Below are positions 1 to 13,825 of a DNA stretch of 64,000 nt, piece by piece. How positions within the stretch are numbered: the first letter of the stretch is position 1; every line of letters starts with the position of its first letter. The stretch lies in the NCBI RefSeq assembly GCF_009914755.1, contig NC_060935.1; one strand, written 5' to 3'. The position numbers and the translations under genes were made by a program. Below the pieces are notes generated by a model. That model was not told the origin of the DNA and searched no databases. It saw only the letters and a program-made list of their open reading frames with translations. Source of the stretch: the human T2T-CHM13v2.0 reference genome, Homo sapiens.

Positions 1-172
1 CTGTTGTGGGGTGGGGGGAGGGGGGAGGGATAGCATTAGGAGATATACCTAATGCTAAATGACGAGTTAATGGGTGCAGCACACCAGCATGGCACATGTA
101 TACATATGTAACTAACCTGCACATTGTGCACATGTACCCTAAAACTTAAAGTATAATAATAATAAAATTAAA
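1..172 (+). mobile_element. L1PA (L1PA2/3-like) 3' end with A-rich tail, cut by the window edge
   Basis: G-rich tract, then GATAGCATTAGGAGATATACCTAATGCTAAATGACGAGTTAATGGGTGCAGCACACC...CCCTAAAACTTAAAGTATAATAATAA, the primate L1 3'UTR. Confidence 0.9.
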
Positions 173-1367
173 ACAATAAACTGATATAACTATAAAGTAT
201 TTTCAGTAAGCCTCATGGTAATCAAAATCAAACATCTATCATGAATATACAAAACATGAAAAGAAATCAAAGCATACCACTACAGAAAATCAACAAATTG
301 TAAAGAAAAATGGCAATGGAGGAATAAAGGGATCTACAAAACAGCCAGAACATAATTAGCAAAATGACAATAGTAAGTTCTTACTTATTAATAACCATTT
401 TAAATGTAAATAAGTTCTTCTATCAAAGAATTACTAAATGGATAAAAAACAAAAAGACCCAACTAAATGCTGCCAACAGAAACTCACTTAAGCTTTAAGG
501 ACATATATAAATTAAGAGCGAAGGGATGAAAAAAGATTTTCCATGCAAATGGAAACCATAAGAGAGAAGAAGTAGCTATACTTATATCACACAAAATAGA
601 CTTTAAGTCAAAAACTACAAAAAGGAATGAAGAAGGTTATTATAAAATGATAAAGGGAACAATCCATCAAGAGGCTACTACAATTATAAACATACATGCA
701 CCCAACATCAGAACACCGTAATACGTGAAGCAAATAATAGGTGTTTAGGGAAAAACATACAGCAATTGATAATACAACGGACTTCAATACCTCACTTTCA
801 ACAATGCATAGATCATTCAGGAATAAAATCAATAAGAAAACATTGGATTGAATTAGGGTTTAGAGTGAATAAAACTAACAGACCTAAAAGGTAATTTCAT
901 CCCTGCAGACCTACAGAGCATTTCATCCCACAGCAGCATATGTGGAACATTCTCTATAACAGATTATATATTGAGCCAAAAAACGAGTCTTAAAAATTTA
1001 AGAGGATTGCAGTTTTATCAAGTGTCTTTTCCAACTGCAATGGTAATTAGAAAACAATAGGAGAAATTTCAGAAAACTGACAAGTATGTAAAAATCAAGA
1101 ACACATGCTTGAACAACCAATGGGTCAAACATGAAATCCAAGGGAAATTTTAAAATATCTTGACACAAACAAAAATGAACACACAACATACCAAACATAT
1201 AGGATGGATGAAAAACCGCTATAAGAGGAAAGTTTTAGTGATAAATGCCACCCATGAAGAAAAGAGAAATATATGAAATAAACAACCTAAGTATACACTT
1301 TAGTAAACTAGAAAAAAAAATGAAAGTAAATACAAAGCTAGTAGAAATAAGGAAATAACAAAAATCA

Positions 1368-1660
1368 AGTCAGACACAATGGTTCACACCTATAACCCCA
1401 GCACTTTGGAAGGCCAAGGCAGGAGAATCACTTGAGGCCAGGAGTTTGAGACCAGACTGGGCAACATAGCAAGACCCGTTCTGTATAAAAAATTTAAAAA
1501 TTAGCCTGGTGTAATGGTGTGCACCTATTGTCTCAGCTACTAGGAAGGCTGAGGCAGGAGGGTCACTTGAGCCCAGGAGCTTGGAGCTGCAGTGAGCCAT
1601 GATTGTATCACTGCACTCCACAAAGTAGAGACTCTGTCTCTAAAATAATAATAATGGTAA
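1368..1660 (+). mobile_element. AluJ-like SINE
   Basis: Dimeric Alu with J-type right arm (GAGCCCAGGAGCTTGGAGCTGCAGTGAGCCATGAT) and (TAA)n tail. Confidence 0.9.
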
Positions 1661-2743
1661 TAACAACAAAGATCAGAGCGAAATTAAATAAAATGGGGAC
1701 TAAAAGAACAATAGAAAAGAACAATAAAACTAAGAGTTAGCTTTTTGAAAAGATAAACAGTTGACGAAACTTTAAATAAAATAAAAATAATTTATAAATT
1801 ATAAAAAATTATAAATGAAAGATGATACATTATAACTGATATCACAGAAATGAAAAGGATAATGAGATGACTATGAATGATTATACACTAACAAATTGAA
1901 TAACCTAGAAGTAGTGGATAAATTACTGGAAATATATAATCTACAAAGACTCATTAAGAAGTAGAAAAGCTGAATAGATCAATAACAAGTACGGACATTG
2001 AATTCGTAATAAAACTCTACAGTCATATAAATGTCTAGCACCAGATAGCTTCACTGGTGAATTATATCAAACATTTAAAGAATAAATGCCAATTCTTCTC
2101 AAACTATTCCAAAAGATTGGAGAGGAGGGAACACTTTGAAAATCATTTTATGAAGCTATGATACCCTGATATCAAAGCCAGAGTAGGACATACAAGAAAA
2201 GAAAATTATAGGCCAATACCCCCAGATGATCAAAGATGCAAAAATCCTCAACAAAATACTAGCAAATCAATTAAACAGCACATCAAATGGTTCATATATG
2301 ATAACAAAATATCGCTGGAACGCAAGCATGTTTCAATATACACAGATCAGTACATGTGACATCCCACATTAAGAAAAAGATTAACAGAATAAAAATTGTA
2401 TGTTCATCTTGATGCAGAAAAAGCGTTTGACAAATTCAACATTTTTTATGATAAAAATTGTAAAAAATTGGGTATAGAAGGAAGGTACCTCAACATAATA
2501 AATGCCATATGTGACAAGCCCTCAGTTAATGCCATACTCAATGGTAAACGTTGAAACTTTTTCATCAAATATCAGAAACAAAAGTATATCCACTCACACA
2601 ACTGCTATTCAATGTAGTATTGAAAGTCCTAGCCAGAGTAATTAGGCAACAACAACAACAAAAACCAAAAGGCATCGAAATCAGAAAGAAAGAAGTAAAG
2701 TTCGTGTTTGCAGACGTTGTGATCTTATACATAGAAAACCCTA

Positions 2744-3070
<327 letters not shown>

Positions 3071-3142
3071 TTAGAGGTAATAAAAAAAAAGTCAGTAAAG
3101 TTGCAGGATACAAAAGCAACATATAAAAATCAGTAGTGTTTC

Positions 3143-3767
3143 CTGTTGGTGGGAGTGTAAATTAGTTTAACCATTGTGGAAGACTGTGTGGCAATTCCTC
3201 AAGGATCTAGAACCAGAAATACCATTTGACCCAGCAATCCCCTTGCTGAGTATATACCCAAAGGATTATAAATCATTCTACTATAAAGAAACATGCACAC
3301 GCATGTTCATTGCAGTGCTGTTCACAATAGCAAAGACTTGGAACCAACCCAAATAACCATCAATGATAGACTGGATAAAAAAAAAAACGTGGTACATATA
3401 TACCATGGGATACTATGCAGTCATAAAAAAGGATGAGTTCATGTCCTTTGCAGGGACATGGATGAAGCTGGAAACCCTCATTCTCAGCAAACTAACACAG
3501 AAACAGAAAACCAAACACAGCATGTTCTCACTCGTAAGTGAGAGTTGAACAATGAGAATACATGGACACAGGGAGGGGAACACCACACAATGGGGCCTGT
3601 CGGGGGTGGGGGGTTAGGGGAGGGATAGCATTAGGAGAAATACCTAATGTAGTTGACGGGTTGACGGGTGCAACAAACCACCATGGCACGTGTATACCTC
3701 TGTAACAAACCTGCACGTTCTGCACACATATCCCCGAACTTAAAGTATAATTAAAAAAAAAAAAAAA
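3143..3767 (+). mobile_element. 5'-truncated L1PA7/8-like element
   Basis: ORF2 C-terminal peptide WKTVWQFLKDLEPEIPFDPAIPLL, L1PA 3'UTR and A-tail at 3753-3767; TSD AAAAATCAGTAGTGTTTC (3125-3142) vs AAAAAGTCAGTAATGTTTC (3825-3843). Confidence 0.9.
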
Positions 3768-6185
3768 GCTTTAAAACATATCTATTCAAAAATAAACAAA
3801 AGTGAAGACAACTAAAAACTAGGGAAAAAGTCAGTAATGTTTCAATACATGAACAATCAACTACCTAACAGAGAAAAAATTTAAATCTCAGTTACAATAG
3901 CATAAAAAAAAAAATATTCAGGAACAAATTTCACCAAAGAGGTAAAAGAAGATCTGTACACTGAAAACTGTAAGTCATTATAAAAGAAACTAAAGAAGAA
4001 AAAAAAAATGGAAAGATATCATCTGTTCATGGATTGGAAGAATTAATATTGTTAAAATGATCACACTACCCAAAGTGATCTACCGATTTAATAAATCTCT
4101 ATGAAAATTTCAATGGCATTTTTCACAAAGATGGAAAAAGCAATTCTTAAACTTGTATAGTACCACAAAAGATCCTGAATAACCAAAACAATATTTAGAG
4201 AGGACTAAGCTGAAGACATCAGGCTTCATGATTTCAAACTATATTATAAATATACAGGAATCAAAACAGCCCAGTTCTGGAATAACAACATACATATATA
4301 CCAGTGGAACAGAATATAACTCAGATATGACCCAGACTTATACAGTCAACTAATATTTGACAGAAACACCAAGAGTACACAATGGGGAAGTAATAGTCTC
4401 TTCAATAAATAATGTTGACAAGACTGTATAGCCACATGCAAAAGAATAAAATTGGACCCTTATCTTATCTTATGCCACTCGCCAAAAACACTGTCAAAAC
4501 TAGTTACTTAAATATAACATATTAAAGCCTAAAAATCCTAAAATAAAACATAGGAGAAAAGCTCCTTGACTTTGGTTTTGGCAATAATTTTGTAGTATGA
4601 CCTCAAAAGCACAAGCAACAGAAGCAAAAATAGGCAAATAGGATTCTGTCAAACTAAAACCTTTCTGCATAGTAAAGGAAAACAACAAAGTAAAGAGGCA
4701 ACCTACATAATGGGAGAAAATATTTGCTAACTACTAATATGTGATCAAGAGTTAATAAAAATATATCAGGAACTCAAAACACTCAAGGACAAGGAAACAA
4801 ATAGACTGATTAAGAAATGGGCGAACGACCTGAACAGATATTTTTTTTCCAGAAAACACATATGAATGGCCAACAGGTACATAAAAAGTGCTCAACATTA
4901 CTAATCATCAAAAAAACACAAAACAAAACCACAATGATATATCACCCCACTCCTGTTAGAATGGCTATTACGAAAAACATAATAGATAACAACTGTTGAT
5001 GAGGATGTGGAGAAAAAGAAACACTTTCACACTGTTGGTGGGAATGTAAATTAGTTCAGACATTATGGATAACAGTATGAAGAATTTTTTCCTCAACAAA
5101 TTAAAAATAAAATTTCATACAATCTAGCAATCCCACTACGAGGTAGATCTCCAAAGGAAATAAAGTCACTATGTCAAACAGATAATTGCATTCCCATGTT
5201 TACTACAGCATCATCCACAGTAGCCAAGAAATGAAATCAACCTGTGTCCATCAATGGGTGAATGGATAAAGGAAATGTGATATATATATATATTAGAATA
5301 CTAGATATATATATAATAAAATACTATTGAGATATTTTTTAAAACGAAGAAATTTTTTTCATTTGTGACAACATGGATAAACCAGGAGGACATCATGCTA
5401 AGTGAAATAAACTGGGTACAGAAAGAATACCGTCTGATTTCACTTATATGTGCAATCTAAAAAAGTTGATCTCATAGAAGTAGACAGTAGAATGGTAGTT
5501 ACTAAAAGTTGGGTGATATCGGGGGTGGGTGAATCCTTGGGGAGATGTTGGTCAGAGGATACAAAATTTCTGTTAGAAAGGAGGAATAGATTCATAAAAC
5601 CTACAGTACAACATGATCCATATATTTAACAACAAGATATTGTGTTCTTGAAAAAATATTAAAAGGGTAGATTCTAAATGTTCTCACCCTCAAAATGATA
5701 ACTTTTTGAGGTAATGCATATGTTAATTAGCTAGCTTTAGCCATTCTAGAATGTATATATGTTTCAAAAAATTATGTTGTACACAATAAATATGTGTTAT
5801 TTAGTCAATCAATTAAAAAATAAGTTAATATTTTCACTGAATACTCATAAGTGTACGAAATAAAAACTTTATTAAATCATCTAACGTTATGCTTAGGGAG
5901 AAATTCCTAGAAAAAAATAAAGACTGAAAATCGATTACTTCAGCATCCAGATCAAGAAGATAAAAAAGAAGAGAAAATTAAACCAATGGTAATAGAAGAA
6001 AATGATAATAAAAGTTAAATTGTATACTAATGAAATAATAAAAATCATATAACTTCTAAATACCAAAGCCAAAACTTGATATTTTAAAAATACTAATTAA
6101 GTGTATTAATCCCTAACAAAACTTATCAATAGAGAAGCGCAAATTACCAACATCTGGAATGAAAAAGGTATTATTAAAAATTTAA

Positions 6186-6559
6186 CAAAATGTGGCACAT
6201 ATACACCATGGAATACTATGCAGCCATAAAAAACGATGAGTTCATGTCCTTTGTAGGGACATGGATGAAGCTGGAAACCATCATTCTCAGCAAACGATCG
6301 CAAGGACAAAAAACCAAACACTGCACGTTCTCACTCATAGGTGGGAATTGAACAATGAGAACACTTGGACACAGGAAGGGGAACATCACACACTGGGGCC
6401 TGTTGTGTGGTGGGGGGAGTGGGGAGGGATAGCATTAGGAGTTATACCTAATGTAAATGACGAATTAATGGGTGCAGCACACCAACATGGCACATGTATA
6501 CATATGTAACAAACTTGCATGTTGTTCACATGTACCCTAGAACTTAAAGTATAATAAAA
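6186..6559 (+). mobile_element. 5'-truncated L1PA4/5-like 3' end
   Basis: AAAATGTGGCACATATACACCATGGAATACTATGCAGCC...CCCTAGAACTTAAAGTATAATAAAA; TSD AAAAATTTAA at 6176-6185 and 6560-6569. Confidence 0.9.
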
Positions 6560-6728
6560 AAAAATTTAATGTGAGACAGTTATGAATTCCTTAAAGCCAC
6601 TAAATTTTTTAATGTATATAAAATTTACAAATTCCTAGAAGAAAATTTACCAAAACTAACACAAGAATCAAGAAAAAGTTTAACGGTCTTCTATTTATTT
6701 AGAAAACTTAAATCTAAGTATAAAATTT

Positions 6729-7036
6729 ATTTATTTATTTATTTATTTATTTTTGAGATGGAGTCTTGCTCTGTCTCCCAGGCTGGAGTGCAGTGGTGCG
6801 ATCTCGGCTCACTGCAAGCTCCATGCCCAGGGTTCACACCATTCTCCTGCCTCAGCCTCTTGAGTAGCTGGGACTACAGGTGCCCGCCACCACGCCAGGC
6901 CAATTTTTTTGTATTTTTAGTAGCGACGGGGTTTCACCGTGTTAGCCAGGATGGTCTCAATCTCCTGACCTCGTGATCTGTCTGCCTCAGCCTCCCAAAG
7001 TGCTGGGATTACAAACATGAGCCACCGCACCTGGCC
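6729..7036 (-). mobile_element. AluY with (TTTA)n tail
   Basis: Y diagnostics GCAAGCTCC and CCGTGTTAGCCAGGATGG; TSD TAAGTATAAAATTT at 6715-6728 and 7037-7050. Confidence 0.92.
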
Positions 7037-8233
7037 TAAGTATAAAATTTTTTTAAACCTTCTCTCTAAGATAAAAAGATACCTCAAGGCACATATATTT
7101 TCAATGATGAAACCTAGTCATTTCATTTAAAAATAATACCAATATTACCAAGGCCTGGCAAAAAATAGAAAAAAGAAAACTTCCCAAATTATTTTTTAGG
7201 TCATCATAGTGTTTATATTCTGAGATAATTTAAAGAGAAAATATTAACATTAATAAATGAATTTAACAAGGCCAGTAGTTACAGGATCAATATACTAATG
7301 TAATTATATTTCTATATACTAACAAAAAATAGAAAATAAAATAAATAAATAGCACCTCACACTAGCATCAAAATGACCAAGTATATAAAAATAAATCTCA
7401 AAAATGTAGTTGTACAAGACTTCTGCACAAAAAAGCTACAAAACATTATTGAGAGAAAATAAAGAGGCTATAGTAGATGGAAGGATATACCATATTCATG
7501 GATCAAAAGACCTAATTTTGTGAATTTAAAAAGAAAAAGGCTTTTCTCCCAATATTAATCTACCAATGCAGTGCAATACAAATCCTAACAGGTATTTTAC
7601 AAATTGATTCTAAAATTTATATGAAAATATAAAGAAAGAATACTCAAGATAACTTTGAAAAAATAAAGAAGGCTGAAAGACATACACAACCATGTATCAA
7701 AACTTTCTATAAAGCAAAAACATTATTGTGTATTGGCACAAGAACTATATAGACCAATTAAACAGAATGGAGAGTCTGGAAACAGAATCACTAATATGCA
7801 GTAACCCAATTAATGAAAAGTACATCTCCTAAAGACACCTCATCAGTTACAGTCCCCACTCTAAAATCCAGACAAAAAATGAGAGCTTTACTGCAGTGAC
7901 TGTGGTTCTGAAAGTCAGCTAATCAAAAGTTTATCTCTGTAAAGTTTACAGTTACTGGTGTAAACTTAAAAAGTGTTCTTACACTTTTACAATTTAATGA
8001 CAACTCAGTTCCAAACACTCTGACTTCAGAGAGCCTATTAAATTCTGGGTTCAAAAATTATTTTCAAGTGGGAGAGGTTACTCATTTTAAAATTTATTTT
8101 GGAATGTTGATCTGTTAGCTGGAGCAATAGCAACCATTTTAAACCATAGGATGAAAAACACACGTAGACCTGTAGGGCAGAGACCTGAAAAGAACTTCAG
8201 TCCTTAATTTTTGCTTGAAGATGCCATATATTC

Positions 8234-8935
8234 TGTCGCCGACTGGTGTACTTCAATCCTGGAGTTAGTGCAGATCCAATCTGGAGTTAGTGCAGATCCC
8301 ACAAGTTAAGGGCTCAATCCTCCACAAGACTGCCCTCACTTCAGATGCCAGAGGCACTTCAGGTCACCCCAGATCACTCACACTTTTGACTGGCTATAAA
8401 TTCAGGGGTTTCCACAACCCTTTAAAGTTTAATAATTCACTAGAATGATTCATGGAACTCAAGAAAGCACTGTGCTTACAATTACAGTTTTATTATAAAG
8501 AATATAGATCAGGACTAGCCAAAGGAAAAGATACAAAGTGTGAGGTCTGAGAAGGTTCCAAACAGAGCTTCTTCTCATGGCACACTCCAGCACATGAATG
8601 TGTTCACCAACCAGGGTGCTCCACTGAGCTTTGGCATCCTAAGTTTTTATTGAGGTTTTATGGTATAGGCATAATTGATTATATTTCAGCCACACAATTA
8701 AGCTCAATTTCCAGTCCCACTTCTCCCACTGGAGGCAGGCTGGCTCAAGGCCCCAACCTTCTAATCACATGGGTGGTCTTTCGGGTGATCAGCCCTCATC
8801 TTCAATTATCTCATTAGCATAAAGTGAAATGGATCCAAAGGGCTCATGAATAACAAAGACACTTTAATCATTTGGGAAAATCAAAGGATTTCAGATACTC
8901 CATGCCAGAAACCCAAGATAAAGACCAGACAGATC
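8234..8935. mobile_element. MER21-like LTR inserted into an old MLT1-like LTR (about 8095-9030)
   Basis: GAGTTAGTGCAGATCCCACAAGTTAAGGGCTCAATCCTCCACAAGACTGCCCTCACTTCAGATGCC resembles MER21; MLT1-like flanks resume after it. Confidence 0.6.
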
Positions 8936-9749
8936 AGATTTTCTTCTATGTAAAAGAGAAATAATCTTCTATCTTACTTAAACCACTAGCATGTCCATTG
9001 CTGTTAACCAAAATCCAATCCTAGCTGAAAAACTGTATGCCAGTATTACTGAGCTAATGGAAACAGTATTAGAGGTGGAGTAGGATGACTTAGTTTGAAG
9101 ACTTAGCTCCACTGCTAACTGCATAATTTCAAAAGTATTGCTTCATTTCAAAACATTATCAACACCTGAAATATGTTTTGAGACAGAATTTCAAAATCAA
9201 ACATCTGAAAATCCAGTGGCAAAGGGAAGCAACTTATACTGTTGCAACCCACTGATGTATGGTACCACACATAAGTCAAAAAAAGGTGAAATGTAATAGT
9301 CCCGATCCTAAAGAAGCGGGGCACTAGAAACAAGATTCCTGTTTCTAGTACCTCAGAACTTATCTTTCAAAGTACCTCAGAACTTTACATTACTACTTAT
9401 ATTGGACTAGAAACACTGTCCAATATTCATTTAGACATGAAGAATGTTTACAATTAATCTAGAGTAGAAAAAGCGGGGCATGTATGGTCCCAGGATTTTG
9501 CACATACACTGGCAAGGGTGTGTGTGGGGGGTGTATGTGGCATGTGTCACTTTTCCACATACCAACTTTTCAGGAATGATCATTTTGCATCCCATATTTA
9601 ATGCTACCACAGAGTTCTCCACAAATACTGAGCCTCTTGTGAATGCTGGCTCTTTTTGTTTCTCTGCCTTGTTCTGTAATATCATTGCTAATGCTCTATT
9701 CTTTGATTTGTTTCATGAGTGTTGTTATGCTTCATGACTTAATAGACAT

Positions 9750-9877
9750 TATATATATATATATATTCCCTTTATATATATATATCCCTATATATATATA
9801 TCTCCATATATATATACACCTATATATATATATCCCTATATATATATATATCCATATATATATATATATTCCCTTTA
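9750..9877. repeat. Compound (TA)n array with C-rich spacers, about 16-bp period
   Basis: Seven TA runs separated by TCCCTTT, CCCT, CTCC, CACCT and CC. Confidence 0.9.
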
Positions 9878-9982
9878 GGTATCACATATTTGGTAATATA
9901 AAACAATTGTTTCCTAATTGTAAAAAAATGACTGGATGACTTCTGCCTTGCCTTAAGGTATGCTAAGTAAATCCAACACTTT

Positions 9983-10307
<325 letters not shown>

Positions 10308-11555
10308 AAATACAACACTTTTTAAGGCTTCCCTGGGGAAGGCAATCCCAATTCTCTGTGTACCAATTTCCCTTCTCCAGTTGCGTCACCATAACCACCA
10401 GCATCCTTATGGGGTGAGGTTGGAGGGAGACTTACTAGGAGAAGCAAGTTATAGCTTCCCCTTTGCACTGGGTCTAGAAGAATCTTATTTCATCCCTTTG
10501 AATATACCATTCTGTCCATAAGTGCATTCCTTGGCACTCCATGCCAAATCTCAAAAGTCTAAATTCTAGGTTTGTGTTTCAGATTTGAAGAAAATGAATG
10601 AGTTCCTTTACTTCTCTTAGCCTCATTTTCTATATCTTTTTAATTAAATTAGTAATATGTAGTCCTGTGGCTTAGGAATGAAATAAGATAAAGGACTTTC
10701 AATATTTGGCAAAGCGCTCAACCTATTTAAAAATATCACTCCTGTTATCACAGAGTATTAGCTGAGATCATTCTGACTAAAGGAATGCAGCAGTATCACT
10801 ATGAGGGCAAGGGCCCCCAGTAAGGGGGTCCTTGAAGACCTCATTAAAATAAAAGCAAATCAAGTAAACAGGGTTGCTCAGGCACCAGGTTGTTCCCACT
10901 ACAGTGAGCTTGAATGAAGCCAGATCGAGATTTAAGGGTCTGGTGATTGATGTCTTGAAGGAGATTATACTGACATGGAGATCTTAGGGGACAATTTCTC
11001 CTGGGAATACATCTACAACTCCATGTCTCATGTACTGAATATTTTAATTTAAATTTTGCCTGTGGGGACCAAGTTCTAAAGGAATTTGTTAAGGAAAGTC
11101 ATGGGTAGGTGAATTTTTATTTCTTCTCCAATATGCCTATTTGTTCTCAAAAATAAAGAAAAAGAGACTTAATTTTCTTGGCAGCAATGGATGTGGTTAC
11201 CAGGACAGTGAAAAGAACACAGTCTGGGACTTCCAACTAGTCACAAAGACTTTAGACAACATAATTTCCAGGTCAAGTGGGACTTTTCTTCTTTCTTTTT
11301 GCAAATAAACATTTTGTGTGTTGATTGTGCCTCTTGACTCCTGAAGCCATCACCTGACTGATACTAAAATCTGGCACATGGCTGGCACTCCCACTTTATA
11401 CTCTGAATATTTATCTTTGTTCTCTTTCCTGTACTGTATATTGCACAACTTCATATGAAATTATATATCTTGGACTTATTACAGCTGCAGGTAAATTATG
11501 TGGCTTTTCTTGTGGTTCATTTCCACGTAGTGACTAAGAAATCCAACTTCCTTAC

Positions 11556-11690
11556 ATGGCTGTAGTCCCAGCTACCGAGGAGGCTGAGGAAGAAGAATCA
11601 CCTGGGCCCAAGATGTCGAGGCTGCAGTAAGTGGTGATTGCATCACTGCACTCCAGCCTGGGTGGCACAGTTAGACTTTGTCTCAAAAAA
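11556..11690 (+). mobile_element. Alu right-arm fragment (FRAM or AluJ-like)
   Basis: TGTAGTCCCAGCTACC...GAGGCTGCAGTAAGTGGTGATTGCATCACTGCACTCCAGCCTGGG...TCTCAAAAAA. Confidence 0.8.
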
Positions 11691-11979
11691 TATTACATTT
11701 TAATTTTAAATGGCTCTAGAATCAAATCACAACTCCTGTGCCACAATTGTGCCACAATCATGTTTTCTATTTCTTTTACCACATCTTTGTTAACTCTTTA
11801 CCACATCTTTGTTAAGTCCATTTGTTTAGAAAGAGGAAGAGAAGGCTTAGCCGTGTTTTACAAATACAGTGTTTTATCTAAGAAAATATCAAATCTGCTT
11901 CTATTATGATTACTTGTTCCTAAAAGCAAACAGGCAGTAGGTGACAAAAGATGTACAGCTCCCAAGAATAGCATGGTTC

Positions 11980-12900
11980 CAGTTATCTTTCATTGTGTAA
12001 CTAACAACTTCAAAATTTAATGCCTTAAAACACATATTTTAATCATTAGTGTTCAGTTTGAGTACAGCTTTGTAGGGACAACTCATCTCTGCTCTATTCA
12101 GCAGCAGCTGGAGCACCTCAAAGCCTGAACACTATAATCATCAGAAGACTCACCTACCTGAGTCGAGAAAAATCAAACAGCTGGGAACTGGTATAGATGA
12201 GATTCCTAAAGTGTCTCTTTAACTATCTCTGTATTCTCTCTACTTTGTTCTCTCTAGCATGTTGGCTTCAGAATAGTTGGTCTTCTTATATGCTCACCCA
12301 AAACTCCCATAATGCATGTTCTAAGACAAAGACCCAAGCAAAAGCTATATCGCCTTCTAAGACCTAGCTTCGCAGATGCGCACAATGGCACACACCTGTA
12401 ATCCCAGTATTTGGTAGGCTGAGAGTGGTGGATCACTTGAGCTCAGGAGTTTGAGATCAGCCAGGGCAACATGGCAAACTCCTGTCTATGCAAAATCGAA
12501 AAAATTAGCCAGGCATGGTGGCTCACACCTGTAATACCAGCTACTCAGGAGACTGAGGTGGGAGAATCACTTAAGCCCAGGAGATCAAGGCTGCAGTGAG
12601 CCAAGATCACACCATTGAACTGCAGCCTGGGTGACAGGGTGAGACCCTGTCTCAAACAAAACAAAACAAAACAAAACAAAACAAAACAAAACAAAACAAA
12701 ATCCCAAAAGTCCTAGTCTCAGAAAGTACACAATGTTACTTTTATTACATTCTGTTTGTTGAGGTAGTCTCAAAGGCCTGCCCAGTTTCAAAAGGAGGGG
12801 AAATAGACTCCACTCCTTAATGGTGTATGTTAAGTTTCTTGAAGAGCACGTGGAACTAAAAATATTGTTGAGGCAATTTGGGGAAAATAAAATTTATGAC
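11980..12900 (-). mobile_element. Old MLT1 (MaLR) LTR interrupted by an Alu
   Basis: CAGTTATCTTTCATTGTGTAACTAACAACTTCAAAATTTAATGCCTTAAAAC and GGGGAAATAGACTCCACTCCTTAATGG are typical antisense MLT1 words. Confidence 0.6.
12378..12701 (+). mobile_element. AluJ with (CAAAA)n tail (12653-12701)
   Basis: Dimeric Alu, J-type right arm, pentanucleotide tail. Confidence 0.88.
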
Positions 12901-13034
12901 AGGCATACTCTACAAGTCCACATCAGAAGTGTTTCTTGAAGATAAATGACAGGGAAGGACTTCTGAGAATGAAAAACGAGAGACTTGACAGAACAAGAGG
13001 AAAGAATGTTTCTACCAGAGAATAGAACCACAGT

Positions 13035-13388
13035 GTCTTAGTCCGTTCAGGCTGCTATAACAAAATGCCTGAGACTGGGTAGTTTATAAACAATAGAAAT
13101 GTATTTATTACAGTTCTAATGGCTGAGATGTCCAAGATCAAAGCACCAGAAGAGTCAGTGTCTGTTGAGGGCTCTCTGCTTCACAGAAGATGCTTTCTAT
13201 GTGCCCTCATACAGCAGGAGGGGCAAACAAGCTCCCTCAGGTCACTTTTATGAAAGCACTAATCCCATTGATGCAGGAAGAGCCCTCATGACCTAAGCAT
13301 CTATTAAAAACCTCACCACTTGATATTACTACATTGGTAATTAGATTTTAACATGAATTTGGGGGTCACAAACAATTAGACCTCAGCA
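13035..13388 (-). mobile_element. MLT1A-like MaLR solo LTR
   Basis: TGTCTTAGTCCGTTCAGGCTGCTATAACAAAATGCC...AACATGAATTTGGGGGTCACAAACAATTAGACCTCAGCA, about 355 bp with TG...CA ends. Confidence 0.8.
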
Positions 13389-13413
13389 CATGACTTAACT
13401 AAAAAAGTTTTGA

Positions 13414-13725
<312 letters not shown>

Positions 13726-13731
13726 TCATGA

Positions 13732-13825
13732 CATAATAATGGTTATAAGTATAATAATAATATAACCATAATAATGGTTATAAGTATAATAATAATATAA
13801 CCATAATAATGGTTATAAGTATAAT
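13732..13825. repeat. 35-bp minisatellite, about 2.7 identical copies
   Basis: Unit CATAATAATGGTTATAAGTATAATAATAATATAAC starts at 13732, 13767 and 13802. Confidence 0.95.

Larger units (their letters stand above)
5850..7810 (+). mobile_element. Highly decayed L1M ORF2 fragments hosting an L1PA and an AluY
   Basis: A-rich L1 ORF2-like words (AACAAGGCCAGTAGTTACAGGATCAATATAC; CAAATTGATTCTAAAATTTATATGAAA). Confidence 0.65.

Noticed and set aside
8-30. G-quadruplex-forming tract as a novel element
   Set aside because: It is the well-known G-rich tract of the L1 3'UTR, also seen at about 3602 and 6409.
13732-13825. CRISPR-like array of 35-bp hairpin repeats
   Set aside because: Units are head-to-tail with no unique spacers, and the context is mammalian with no cas genes.
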